Source: the human T2T-CHM13v2.0 reference genome, Homo sapiens
Direction: 5' to 3' (one strand)
NCBI RefSeq assembly: GCF_009914755.1
Contig: NC_060925.1
DNA: 64,000 nt
Of this stretch, positions 35,150 to 50,029 are shown in pieces. Position numbers and translations under genes: made by a program. The notes below the pieces were generated by a model. The model was not told the origin of the DNA. It did not search any database and was given only the letters and a program-made list of their open reading frames with translations. The stretch's first letter is position 1; each line of letters begins with the position of its first letter.

Positions 35150-35770
35150 TTTTTTTAATGTCATTATTTTAAACTGACACACAATAATTGTACATATTTA
35201 CAGGGTACATGTGATATTTCTTTTCTCTTTTTTTTTTGTGTGTGTGTGATGGAGTCTGTCTGTGTTGCCCAGGCTGGAACGCCGTGGCACCATCTTGGCT
35301 TGCTGCAAACTCTGCCTCCCAGGTTCAAGTGATTCTTCTGCCTCAGCCTCCCAAGTAGCTGGGATTGCAGGCATGCACCACCATGCCCAGCTAATTTTTG
35401 TATTTTTAGTAGAGACAGGGTTTCACCATGTTGGCCAGGCTGGTCTTGAACTTCTGACCTCAGGTGATCCACCCACCTTGGCCTCCCAAAGTGCTAGGAT
35501 TACAGGCGTGAGCCACCGCACCCAGCCGATATTTCAATACATGTATACAATGTATACAATGTGTAATAAGCCAATCAGAGTAATTAGCATATCCATCACC
35601 TCAAACATTTATTGTTTCTTTGTGTTGGGAACATTCAAAATCTGCTCTTTTAGCTATTTGAAAATATATAATAGACGTTGTTTGTGAGAGCCACCCTAGA
35701 GTGTTATGGGGCAGTAGGACTTATTTCTCTTATCTAGCTGCACTTTTGTGTCCACTCATCAACCCTTGGC
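35150..35770 (-). mobile_element. L1MA 3' end interrupted by an AluS (35220-35527)
   Basis: ATAATTGTACATATTTACAGGGTACATGTGATATTT..TAATTAGCATATCCATCACCTCAAACATTTAT; Alu TSD GATATTTC. Confidence 0.85.
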
Positions 35771-35814
35771 TTTTAATAGCTTTTAATAGCGGGGTCTTGG
35801 GCCATCTTCACATA

Positions 35815-36102
35815 TTTTTCGAGACGGAGTCTCGCACTGTCCTCTGGGCTGGAGTACAGTGGCGCAATCTCGGCTCACTGCAACCTCCACCTCCTGGGTT
35901 CAAGCAAATCTCCTGCCTCAGTCTCCTGAGTAGCTGGGATTACAGGCACCTGCCACCGTGCCTAGCTAATATTTTGTATTTTTAGTAGAGACAGGGTTTC
36001 ACTGTGTTGGCCAGGCTGGTCTCAAATTCTTGACCTCATGATCCATCTGCCTTGGCCTCCCAAAGTGCTGGGATTACAGGCATGAGCCACCATGCCTGGC
36101 CC
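35815..36102 (-). mobile_element. AluS
   Basis: Antisense dimer with short tail. Confidence 0.9.
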
Positions 36103-36619
36103 ACATCTCTTAATCGCTTATTTGTCCCATCTCTTGATAATTTGGGTTTACATTCTGGGAGATGACTTTGACTTTGCCTTCCAATCCTCATACTAAATTG
36201 TTCCTATTTTGGCACTCATATTTGTTAAATTCTAAAACCTTTTCACCTTCTGATTGCATTTCTTTGTCATTTGTGGATACAGTAACTTATATAATCCCTG
36301 GGAATTACACTTATTTTGGTTACTTTCTGAGCCTTCCATTAACTCATTTATTCCAATGTCCTTTTTCCCCCTATTTGTTTGTTTTGGTCCTCTTGTGGTC
36401 TTGACTTCTTGAATATCTTGTGGTCTTCAGTCATCTGGCATTCCTGTCCTTCCGAAGAATGAAGCAAGAGAAATGCTGACAGCAGCCTTGTGCATGTGGC
36501 AGGCCTGTGGACAGTGTCATAACCTCAGGGGCCTGAAAGCCAAGGGCTCTTCCCAAGGATGCAGCACTCCCAGGCCATACCCCTTCCTCACAGGCCTAAG
36601 AGAAAGGTGAACCTCATTC

Positions 36620-37075
36620 CGCCTGAGGTTGGGTTCGCCCAGAAGCAGACTCTGAGGCAAGGCTTTAGGATGATGAGAACACTTTATTGAAGAAGTTCTC
36701 CCAGGGGAAACCTGTTTGAGAGTGAGGGGTACAGATCAGGAAGGAGGAAGAGGCCAAGCACAGGTGAGCTTTCTGGTGAAGCATCAGGCTCGGCCTGAGT
36801 TCGTGGGGAGCTCTGGAGGGCAAATGACATCTCAGAGCTTGTCCTGCCTCAAGGCAAGGGAGCTGGGCTTTTGTACCACCCACAAAACATCTACTGGCTG
36901 CCCTGGGGGAGGAAGGAAGACATAAAGGGCATGCGGGGGAAGGCTGCTCTAGCACCCAATGTGGACTCTCTAAAGTTACAGGTACGGCTCGTGGTAGCAA
37001 AGCTGGTAGAAGCAGGGCTTTGGGGGCTGCAGCCACAGACAGGACCTAAGGGGACCTGGACAGAGTGAGCTCCAA
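36620..37075 (-). mobile_element. Old ERVL LTR (LTR16/LTR33-like)
   Basis: GGTTGGGTTCGCCCAGAAGCAGACTCTGAGGCAAGG..TTTATT..GGCAAGGGAGCTGGGC. Confidence 0.65.
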
Positions 37076-37429
37076 GAGTATGTGTACCAGGCCCCCCACC
37101 TGCAGCATCTACCATTCTGCATGTTGGCCTTTTCTCAAGCTCTGTGGAGATGCATTTCCTCATTTATAAGTCAGGCACAAGGGTGATATTGTAAGAATTA
37201 GTGCATCTGTGTCACATAGTGAAAAAAAGAATGATCTAAATGGCTGCCTTTGGTATCCTCTTTGGGGAAAAGCATCTTTGAAAGCATTCACAGAAAAGCC
37301 CACAAGATGGGTAAGACCCTGAGAATGGCTATGTCAGCAGGCTCCAAATCACTAGAGGAGAAAGGAAGGGGCTCTGCAGAAGAAAGGGGGAGTGATTTGA
37401 TATTTTGCTATTAAAAGGAACTGAACACC

Positions 37430-38377
<948 letters not shown>

Positions 38378-39101
38378 TTAAGTTTATTTGTAAAAAATCA
38401 ATCAATCAAAAAAAATGGACCTGAGTGGAGGAAAGAAGGAGAGATGGGAAAAGGGGAGCTCGCAGATGCAGGGTGATGGAGGCTGGATAAGGGGCGAATC
38501 ACAAGTGACGGGATGGCACTGAGCAGGCTTCCTCTGAAGTGCTGTAGCTGAGAGGTAAGCCCATCTTCCTCTCAAACTTCATTTGTTCAACTCAGCACCT
38601 GGCTGCCTTGGGTGCTGTCAGAGATAAGTCTTACTTATGGAGACTGAGCAGGAGTTTTGGTTCCTGGTCTGAGCCCAAAATACGCCTAGTGCGGCAATGT
38701 GCTTGGAAACAGTCCAGCGTATCCATGAGAAGAAAAGCTGCTGGAGAATTTGAAGAACACTTGGAGAGGGCTTTGGGAATTTCAAGCCAGTGTTGTCGAG
38801 CTCTTCAAGGGTCACTGAGGACCCCTCACTGTCTTAGGTTGTAGAGCTAAGAACACTGTGAACCACAAGGGACGTGCAGATGGAGAGGGGAATTAGCATC
38901 TGGATTAGGAGCTTTGCGATCTTCAAAGAGCGATGCTGCCCATCTTTCACTCCAAAACCCGGAGGAGTGATGAGGACATCCATTCATTCTTGCTAGTTCC
39001 CTAAATGTCAAGGGAACAGGGTTAAGAGGGACCCAGGTACATTCAGCCCCTGACACAGATGTCTACTGTCTTCCTTGGGAAACTGATTAGGTCACCCTGA
39101 C

Positions 39102-40254
39102 TATCGGGGGAACCAGCCACCAATATTTCAACACAGGTTCTTTCTGTTTTCCCTAAGTGTCTGCCAGTCTGAGAAATAAAGAGAAAGAGTACAAAGAGAG
39201 GAATTTTACTGCGGAATTGGGCCACCAGGGGTAACACCCATATTGGTAGGTCCATGATGCCCCCCTGAGCGGCAACACCAGCAAGTTTTTATTAGGGATT
39301 TCAAAAGGGGAGGGGATGTACGAACAGGGAGTAGGTCACAAAGATTACATGCTTCAAAGGGCAAAAAAGGAGAACAAAGTTCACATGCTTCTGAGGCCAA
39401 TAAAGATCACAAGTCAAAGGGCAAAGCAAGATCACAAGGCAAGGGCAAAATTAGAATTACTGATGAGGGTCTATGTTCAGCTGTGCACGTATTGTCTTGA
39501 TAAACATCTTAAACAACAGAAAACAGGGTTTGAGAGCAGAGAACTAGTCTGACCTCAAATTCACCAGGGTGGGATTTTTTCCCCACCCTAATAAGCCTGA
39601 GGATACTGCAGGAGACCAGGGCGTATTTCAGTCTTTATCTCAACTGCGTAAGACAGACACTCCCAGAGCGGCCGTTTATAGACTTTCCCCCAGGAATGTA
39701 ATTCTTTTCCCCAGGAATGTAATTAAGGGTCTTAATATTTAATATTCCTTGCTAGGAGAAGAATTTAGTGATATCTCTCCTACTTCCACATCCGTTTATA
39801 GGCTCTCTGCAAGAAGAAAAATATGGCTCTATTCTGCCCGACTCCGCAGGCAGTCAGACTTTTGGTTGTCTTCCCTTGTTCCCTAAAATCGCTGTTATTC
39901 TGTTCGTTTTCAAGGTGCACTGATTTCTTATTGTTCAAACACACGTTTTGCAATCAATTTGTACAACAGTGGCCCTGAGGTGACGTACATTCTCAGCTTA
40001 CGAAGATAACAGGATTAAGAGATTAAAGTAAAGAAAGGAATAAGAATTTATAAGAGTATTAATTTTGGGAACTGATAAGTGTCCATGAAATCTTCACAAT
40101 TTATGTTCAGAGATTGCAGTAAATACAGGCATGAGAAATTATAAAAGTATTAATTTTGGGAACTGATAAATGTCCATGAAATCTTCACAATTTATGTTCC
40201 TCTCCCACGGCTCTATCCAGTCCCTGCTTTTGGGGTCCCTGACTTCCCGCAACA
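39102..40254 (-). mobile_element. MER11 solo LTR (HERV-K11/HML-8)
   Basis: Reverse strand begins TGTTGCGGGAAGTCAGGGACCCC and ends GGTTCCCCCGATA; 1153 bp. 6 bp TSD CCTGAC/TCTGAC; internal ~90 bp tandem unit at ~40020-40200. Confidence 0.92.
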
Positions 40255-41269
40255 TCTGACAGCATTCTTGGTGGTACCATTCCCTCCAGAATCTGCACCA
40301 TCACATGCAGAAAAGAGCAAAAAGCCTTGAAGAAAATATCTTACTTTTTGTAGACCAATCCCAAGTAAAAGAGGAGTGGATTGACTTTCAGATAAGATAA
40401 TTATTCCAAGAAATAACTTTAAAATACATTTTGCACTGCAGAGTTGGAAAAACGTTGTTATGTAGATGAAGATGAAATCGGAATGTCCCATATGGGAGCA
40501 GGTGGTATGCCTCCTTCTACCTCCACTTAAGGAAGCTGCTTGGTGGATCCATGATAAGTGAGTGAGGGAAGGTAGAAGAGAAGAGGCTAGAAAAGATTTG
40601 GAAAGATGATTGAGGGTGCACAGACAAAGGTTGGATCTTTGTCCCTCCACCTGCTAATCCTGTGACCCCTGGGCAAGTGAAGCAGCATCCTGCACTTCAG
40701 TGTGAATGCAGCTCAGCATGAACTAGACAGCAGAATAAGAAAACCTACTTTGTGGAACTCCTGTGAGGATAAAAACATACTGCTTAGAATGCACTAGCAC
40801 TGTTTTAAAACTCTCCATTATGAAAGACATCAATTGTTCAATTTATACCCTTAGTTTTGGCATGAGAGCATTGCAAAAGTAACTTAAGTGTCTTGCTGGG
40901 ACCTTCTGATGAAAGTTTCACTGTAGAAGAGAATTTGTCCCTTGGCTTTATGTTCAGACTGCAGCTCTAAAGCCAAGTGCATTGAACAATAGTATGTGTG
41001 TGTTTACGCCCTCTGAGTTCTGATTTCTCTCATTTTTCTGGTTCCTTCACTTGATATTTTGCCATAACACATCCACAATTATTCCAAACAGAGCTGTAAC
41101 AAAAGTTAGGACCTCAAGGAAAATGCAGCTGTCAGGTGCTGCAGTGTTCAGATGGGTTACTCGCAGACTTTTCTACCTGTGTGTGAGCACAAAGGTCAAT
41201 TGCATTCTTTTAGGTAAGCTGGTTAATTCAAAGGGGTCTTTTCTAAGTTACTAGGATGCTATAAGACAT

Positions 41270-42010
<741 letters not shown>

Positions 42011-42154
42011 AGCCTTTTTGTGGTAAGTCTAGGACACTGGGGTAAAGGGCTTTATTCTTAACTATTTACTATGTAATTATATATATGTTGCATAGATGTA
42101 GTAGGTAAGGTGGACCTAAATATGTGTGAAAAATGTCTACTCTCATGGAACTTA

Positions 42155-42480
42155 TTTTTTTATTTTTTTAATTTTAATTTTTATGTATTTATTTATTTTT
42201 GAGATGGAGTCTCGCTCTGTCGCCCAGGCTGGAGTGCAGCGGCATCATCTCGGTTCACTGCAAGCTATGCCTCCTGGATTCATGCCATTCTCTTGCCTCA
42301 GCCTCCCGAATAGCTGGGACTACAGGCGCCCGCCACCACCCCCGGCTAATTTTTTGTAGTTTTAGTAGAGACGGAGTTTCACTGTGTTAGCCAAGATGGT
42401 CTCGATCTCCTGACCTCGTGATCCACTGCCTCAGCCTCCCAAAGTGCTGGGATTACAGGCATGAGCCACTGCACCTGGCC
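42155..42480 (-). mobile_element. AluY-like
   Basis: GCAAGCT..CATGCCATTC, TGTTAGCCAAGATGGTCTCGATCTCC; TSD CTCATGGAACTTA. Confidence 0.93.
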
Positions 42481-44494
42481 CATGCTCATGGAACTTAAAA
42501 AGCAGTAAGGAAAAGATGAATAAACACATGAAACCATCAGCAAATAATGTGCGATGGTATCTAATTAAGTTCTAATTAGCTTTGGGAGCATTTACCAGAA
42601 TTATTCATCATGAACTCTAGCAAAATTTTTTCTCCCTGCCAGCTCTAAATAATTCTTCATCTCAGCTAGTCTTTGTTACATACCAAGCATCATGCATGTT
42701 TCTTTGAGGCCATCTGAAAAAACACAAGACACCTCGAATGAAGAAGGTAATTATATCTGTGGGACTATGGAATTTGTATTTATGAAATAGGTAAATAAAC
42801 TGTGCAAAACCCAGCATTCATTTTGGAAAGAGACACTAAGTAAAGACAGCAAGCCTAGAAAGGCTGTGGTGTTGTTGCCACTGAGATTGTATGTGTATAG
42901 TGAAGGGTATTTTATGGCAAGTGGTGACAACTGTTATAGCTTTACTTTATTCTAGTTAACTTCTTAAATAACAATAAAATGAGAGCCAAAATTTACCAAG
43001 CTCTTTCTGGGTTCTTGACTGCTGCGGGGACCCCTTGGCTAGTTTCACAAGTGTGTATAGGTGGAGTGATTTTACCCAGGGTTAACTAGCCAGGCAGAAA
43101 AGGATTGGCATAAATTTCTTTCTCTTGGGTGGAAGATACTGGAAATCCTATTTTAAGGAGTCGAGGTCTTAACAGAGTCTTTACATAAAATACACAAAAG
43201 AAAGCCCAATGAGAAGGAGAACACACCTCTACATCATGGTTCTGCATCAGTGATCTAATATGAAACAGAGGCCTGGCTCTCCTACATGGTGCATGAAGCA
43301 CTGGAAGATCCATTTCCTATAGGTCTTGCCTCCAGGTATGAGAACACCAAAGCTTGCAAAAATCAATTGTGGATCTGCATTTTTTTTCAAGTATTCCTTT
43401 GTTTTCCAGACCTGAAATTGCAATGACGTTCTCACTGGAAATACTTAAAACAATCCTTCCCACATCTCTAACAAGAAGTATTAAGAGATCTCTGGGAATA
43501 GTTCCTAAGGTTAAACCCACCTATTCTCTTTTCACACTTTGTAGACTCCAAGTGCCAACAAAGCCTCCTCTGCCTGCAGTTAAAATGGTTTTCTGATTTC
43601 AGAAGACTTTTTCAATCAGGCTAGTCTTCTGAAATATGGCTCTTCTTTTAACCAATCCATATATTGTGTATATCAGCAATCTCTCTTTCTTGGAGGAAGC
43701 ATGTAAGAGTCAAAATTAGTTGAGATCCCAGATTTTTTAAGTTTAAACCTCATCTGATCCCCATGTCATACCCCCCACTCCATCAAACCTTGTCCAACAT
43801 CAAAGAAGAAAACTGGGCCTCAGACTTGCCAAGAATTAGATGGAAGATGGAAGTTTCTAGGATAAAGTCCAGGTGAGACCGACCTTTAGAAGTCCTAGGC
43901 ATCAAAAAGTTTGCATGCCAACTACTGACACTCAACTCCCCAGTGCACAAATAAACACAAATGCAATGCAAAATCATAAAATAAGCATGAAGAGGTCTAA
44001 CAAAATTTTGATTTTTCCCACACTGGTAATTTTGATTCCTCTATTTTTTGAGATTTCAGCTCTCAAGTTCTTAATAGTCTTTGAATGATCTTGCTTTGCA
44101 GTTGCATTTAGCCGATGCGGGGACTGCTGAGTAACAAGCAAAATCCGGGTCTTTTGTCTCCTGGTTCGTTACCATTCTTGCTGCAGCTCACCTCCGCTCA
44201 CAGCCACACTCCACAAATTGTGTACCCTTTCTTGTTTCTGGCCGTGGCCTTGGGTCTGGCTGCAGAGTGTGTCCCATTGCGATGTTTCCTGCAAAGCAGG
44301 GTGGGTTGCTCATTCATTCATTCATTGCAATACTCCAAAGCAGGCTTCCTCCAAAGTAGGGCAGTCATCCAAGGCTTCAGATGATTGTCCTTATCATCAT
44401 ATGTTGTGGCCCTCTACCTGTCACTGGAGTTCCTACTGAGCAGAAATAGGATTAGAACTCCTTTTTTGAGTTACAAATTGCTTGTCCCCCTAAG

Positions 44495-44820
<326 letters not shown>

Positions 44821-45689
44821 CCCCTAAGTTTCTTTACAGTGGTTCCCCTGTCTCTTCTTCTGCCAGTGTATCTTTGTGGGAGACAGAAGACAGACAAGTA
44901 TCAAAATGGCCATCCTAGATGCTAAACAGGAACTGGCTTTTCAGAAGTACTATATGTTTGCTTGTTGAAATAAAAATCATAAGCAAGAAAGAGGTAAACG
45001 AAAGTTTTTAAAGCACTCAACATTCTTCTTTCTTTCTGCTTGAAGCATACCAGACCTAAGGACAGTTTGATCCACGACAGGTACTGAACACTAAGACATT
45101 CCGGAGCTGTAAGAACGGTTAGGCCACAGTCGGGGAGAGAAAAGATAATCCACCTAAACCCACTGTGATGCTCAGCAACCAGAGGAAGAGCAGGCAGAAA
45201 GCAGCTTTGTGTCCAGACTTCTGAGGGGATGTCACCCTTTGAAGATCCTTTCAAGTTCAAAGCACAGGGGGCTCAAATGATTCCAACACAGGCAAGGAAA
45301 TAAATATCTATAAACACACACGTCGGCCAGAGCTGTGCACGTGAGGCACACAACAGAGTGAGTTTTTCCAGGCTTAAGCTCTATTGTTCCCCACCCCCAA
45401 CCTCAAAGCATCGAAGCATAAAAATCCAAATGAAGAAACTCACTCTAGCTTTGTGTGCAACTTCCAGGACACTCTTTTATCACTAGGTAACAAAAGAAAA
45501 CCCTGAGACAGCACAGCAAGAGTGGTCTGGCTGATTATTTGCTCACTATTGATAGGGGGCCCACGGAAGACTTTGGCCCCATTGCTGCCCTTCACCTGCA
45601 GAGCAGGAGGCTGCAGTGGAGCCATCCAACTCCGCCAAGAGCTGGGTCCTGCAGCATTTTTCAAGCGATTAGCAATAGCAGTAGAGCAT

Positions 45690-45910
45690 AATAGCTAAGT
45701 CCTTGGCTCAAGTTCTGGCCTGTTCACTACCTGGATGATCTTGGGCAAGATGTATAACTTTTCTCAAACTCAGTTTCCTCTTGTGTGAGATGGAGATATT
45801 CATAGTAAGAGTGCCCACCTCACAGGGTTAATGTGAGAATGGACAGGAATTCTGATGATGCACAAAGACGGCAGGGTACACCACAGTAAGCATTTGAATG
45901 GTCACTGCTT
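45690..45910 (+). mobile_element. MIR
   Basis: GATCTTGGGCAAG..CTCAGTTTCCTCTTGTGTGAGATGGAGAT..ACCTCACAGGGTT core. Confidence 0.7.
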
Positions 45911-46920
45911 AAATGTTTGCGGTTGTTATCAGCTTCTTCCTTCCAAATCAAACTGTATTGATTTAATCAGTGTCAACACGATGACTTAACAACCTATCGA
46001 TTTGGTCAAGTCAGTAAAAACAATCAGTCAAGCTGGTTGCTTGACATTTAGTAGATGAAAATTGACATTTTCTTCCTCCCATTTCAGGGTATGATGTCAT
46101 CTAGCTGCAGACTTCAAATTCATGATTTCTGCTGCGATCAGATGGAATATTCATCTGCAGCACTTTGTGGGTGAAAAGAGGGGTGGACAAGTGCTGTGTA
46201 TAATTGTGTGTACCAGGCACAGTGCCTGATGAAGACACTTGCAAGCAATGGTTCAGCTCATAGCGTGTGCTTGCTAAGATCCCACCTGCACACATATTCC
46301 TGGGACAGAAGATCAGGGCCTCTGGGGTCAGGGTGCTGATAGAGTATGTTTCCTTGTGAAGGCACCCATCTACCTGAGGGTTAGGAGTGACTGTGCTTGG
46401 GGCTGGTCACTGGCTTCCTAATTTAGGTTAAAACTGGTTTACTAAGAAGGTCAAAATACAAAAGGTCTAAATCCTCAGTTAGAGCTTTGCCCACCTTATA
46501 AAACCTTAGAGGGAGAATGGATTATACAACTATAAAGTATTTTCCAGACACAGGATTCCATGAGTATTTATGCAAAATGTTAATCCAATAAGCTGAGCTT
46601 CAAAGGCCACACATATGTTGGGTTGAAATCACGGTGGGTCACCAGTAGCTCTGTGACTTTAGGCAAGGGAATTATTCCATTAAAGCTTAGTTTTCACATC
46701 CATCAAATGGAGATGCTGTCTACCATAAAGAGTGATTTCTAAGTTACTATCTGTCAAAGTTATTTAAGGCTATTTTAGACTGCACTCTAATATAGGTATA
46801 ATCAAAGCAATGAATGTAGACATAGATGCTAAAAACTCATAAGATATCTTCATATGCAATAAGGGGCCTGTTAAATACATTAGATACACTGGAGAATGGA
46901 ATATAGTGCAGTCATTAAGG

Positions 46921-47186
46921 GTAATTGCTTTTCTTTCAGTTAGTATAAGCATTTTTTCAGGTCCATCTATATCTGTATATACAGATAGTACATACTAATC
47001 TGTACAGTATTAGTATGTACTATCTGTATATACAGATAGCATATACTATCTGTATATGCTATCTGTATATATAGATTAGCATATATTATCTGCATATACA
47101 GATTAGTATAAACATCTTTTCATGTCCATCTCTATATAGATGGACATGAAAAGATGTTTATACTAACTGAAGGAAAAGCAGATTAC
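46921..47186. repeat. Nested AT-rich palindrome / inverted-repeat complex
   Basis: Perfect arms: 46970-46999/47009-47038 (30 bp), 47028-47046/47052-47070 (19 bp), 47103-47131/47138-47166 (29 bp). Outer ~90% inverted repeat 46921-46972/47134-47186. Confidence 0.95.
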
Positions 47187-47299
47187 AAAGTAATAATATA
47201 TTTAGAATGTGACCTTTACGAAGTATTTGACTCTTGAGCCCTAGGCTCAAGACCCTGACATGAGACGACCATAGCATTGCTGTCGCCTTCCATTTTATT

Positions 47300-48870
47300 C
47301 CCCCCACCTCCAATTTTTCACATCGTAGTGATGTATTAGAAATGTATGTATGATTATATAATTGCCCTACTTAATATCAAACCAGAGGCTCCCATGAGTG
47401 GCAGAGTAAAGCCTCAGTTCCCTCTCTACCCTAAGCCTACCATTCCCACCCCGCCCCACCCTACCCCTTCAGGAACCTCATGCCTTTGCCTGGAATATCA
47501 TCCCTCTTCCTCAACCTACAAATTCTTATCCATCTTTCCAGCCTCAACTGATAAATCTCCACGAAGTCTTCTTAAATGCATTTTTCCTCTGCCTCTATCC
47601 TCTGCCTTCCAACTCTCACTCGTCACTCCAGAAAAGTTAGAGACTTTTCTCTGAATCCACACTCATTTCACTCTGTAACACCTGTCTAAGTATCCTTCAC
47701 TTATTGGTTTACAAGTCTACTTCTCTCACAAAATTAGGAATATTAGGGAATCTATTGCATTCACTTTTTTAGTATTCTCAGCATTTAGTAAATGTTCAAT
47801 AAATATTCCTTTGATGAATGAATAAATTCATGCTTTAGTAAATTTAAATTGACTTCCAGAGCTGAAAGAAATTTTCAGATCATGATCATACTTTTTCTTT
47901 TCCTCCCCACCCTATTTGTAAAACAAAGAAAAAGGAGAGTTGCAGACTCTTAGAGGTTGAGATTTTCTCTCTAAAGATGATGACCACTTATTAATTTATT
48001 CAGCAAATACCAGTTGAGTCCCTACTGTGGGCTGACACTGGTTGGGTTACTTAGGATATAGCTACGAACATGCAGACAAAAAAATCTCTGCCATCATGGA
48101 GCTTACACCTTGGCAGGGAGACAATGTACACCATTAATAAGTCACTTACCTGGTAGGTTAGTGGTGATGCAGTGGGAAAAAGAGAGCAGGCTAAGGGGAA
48201 CCAGGAGAGCTGGGAGCCAGAGCAGATACAATTTTAAATACGGTGACATTTGAGCAAAGATGTCAAGGAAGTGTGGGAATGAGTCAGGCGGATATGAGTA
48301 GGAAGGGACAGCAGGGAGAGAAGCCAGCCCACACCAGGTTTGGCTGTGGAGGCCCCAGGGTTGGGGACAGTAGAGTAAGTTGGGGGAGGGTAGTGAGAGG
48401 TGTGTCAGAGCTCAGAGAAGTAAGGCTGGGAGGCGGGGAGGCCACATTAGGCTGGACTTTGTAGGCCATTTTAAGGATTTTTGCTTTTGCTCTGAATGAA
48501 GTCAGGAGCCCTTGGAATGCTCAAGGCAGAGGCATGGCATGGTTTGAATTATGTTTTAAAATATTACCCTGGCTGCTAAGTACAGACAGCAGAAAGTAGA
48601 GAACAAATAGGGAGCCTGGTTAAGAGGCTATAGTCAATCATTCAGGCCAGAAATGGTGTGTCTTAGATCAGACAGTAGCAGTGGGAGTTGGGGAAAGGAG
48701 TAGAATATATGTATATATAAGTTGTCTCCTCCCACCCATATTGGCATAACTCATTCCCATGCCTCACACACACATACATGCACATGCACATATATAAGAG
48801 AATATATCTAGGTGGTAGAGCCAATGAGATTTCCTATCCAACTGAATGTGGAGCAAGAGAGAAAGGACAC
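47300..48870. mobile_element. Two L2 fragments in opposite orientation (+ ~47300-47825; - ~47990-48870)
   Basis: L2 3' ends: GTTCAATAAATATT..GAATGAAT on +, and ATTCAGCAAATACCAGTTGAGTCCCTACTGTG..CATGGAGCTTACA on -. Confidence 0.7.
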
Positions 48871-50029
48871 TTAGATATTGTGTTTTTGATATACCAGACA
48901 CTATGTTAAGTGCTTCATATAAATTATCTCAATTCTGTAAGCACTTGAAGGGCTAGGACAAATCAAGGTGTCTTCACTCCATGTCGTCATGCATTCTATT
49001 ATGCTGCAATGCTCCTTGGATCCTATTTTATTTTAATTTGCAGGCTGGGAGGCAACAGACTTCAGTAAGCCATTTTGGCTTGGAGTACAGAGTTGTGGGT
49101 GATGTTAGATAAACTTCCTGGTGTGTAAAATGGGTTTGAAGCCAATAGCTACCATATGTTGAATGCTAATGCATGCTTCTTTTAAGCCACCCAACCAAAT
49201 GTGAGTGCACATTGTTTCCTTCCATTTCACAGATGAGAAACCTGAAGATAGTCAGAATTTAGTAATTTGTCTAAGGTCACACAGTGGAGATCTGAATCAA
49301 GATCTGTCTGTTTCTCAGCCCTTGCCTTTTCCATAAGCCCAGCCTTCTTTCTGAGCCCTGGGGTGGGGATGGAGAACTGAAGATGGCAAATGAAATAGTG
49401 CCCATGAAAGTCTATAGAAATGAGTGAGAAAAGAATCTTTGAAAGTGGGAGTTCTAGGAAAATGTGTTATTCCTCTAATACTGTTACTGTTGTTACCATT
49501 GTCGACATCAGGGAAAGATGACTGATGGTCATGGTTACAGGCTGCCTGAGTTCTCTCAAGTCAATTAAACTATTTTCCTACCTGTCTTCCATTGAATGGA
49601 TGCTGCCCATTAATGATGATGATACAAACAGCTGACTAAACCAAGGGTCTTCCCAAATCCAGCCCTCAGTTCTTTTCTACTTCTCTTTGTCTCCCTTCTG
49701 TCGAGTCCTCCAAATTTGTTTCCAGTCTTTCTTTTTTCTTCACTGTTTTACTTGAGTCAGCTCAACTCCTTTACAAACTCCATTCCCAATTCTCAGGGCG
49801 CTTGTCATGTTATCATGGAGTGCTGAAGAATGCATATAAATAACACACTGGAATGTGGAGTAATTTTTCTATCCACCCAGAGCCTCTAGAAGCAGTAAAA
49901 AGAATTCCCCTTCAGCCATATACATCTGGACCCCACATGGGCTGGAGGAATGATGCTTACTGTTCAAGTCTAGCCTCAAGAAATGCAACATCAGAAATAG
50001 CTTGGCACCAGGGCTGGGTAAGACTTGAA

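Noticed and set aside
40020-40200. ~90 bp tandem duplication inside the LTR
   Set aside because: As I recall, an intrinsic feature of MER11 LTRs rather than a local event.
43086-43596. Cluster of overlapping short ORFs in apparently unique sequence
   Set aside because: No recognisable domain, no consistent frame, no clear exon boundaries.
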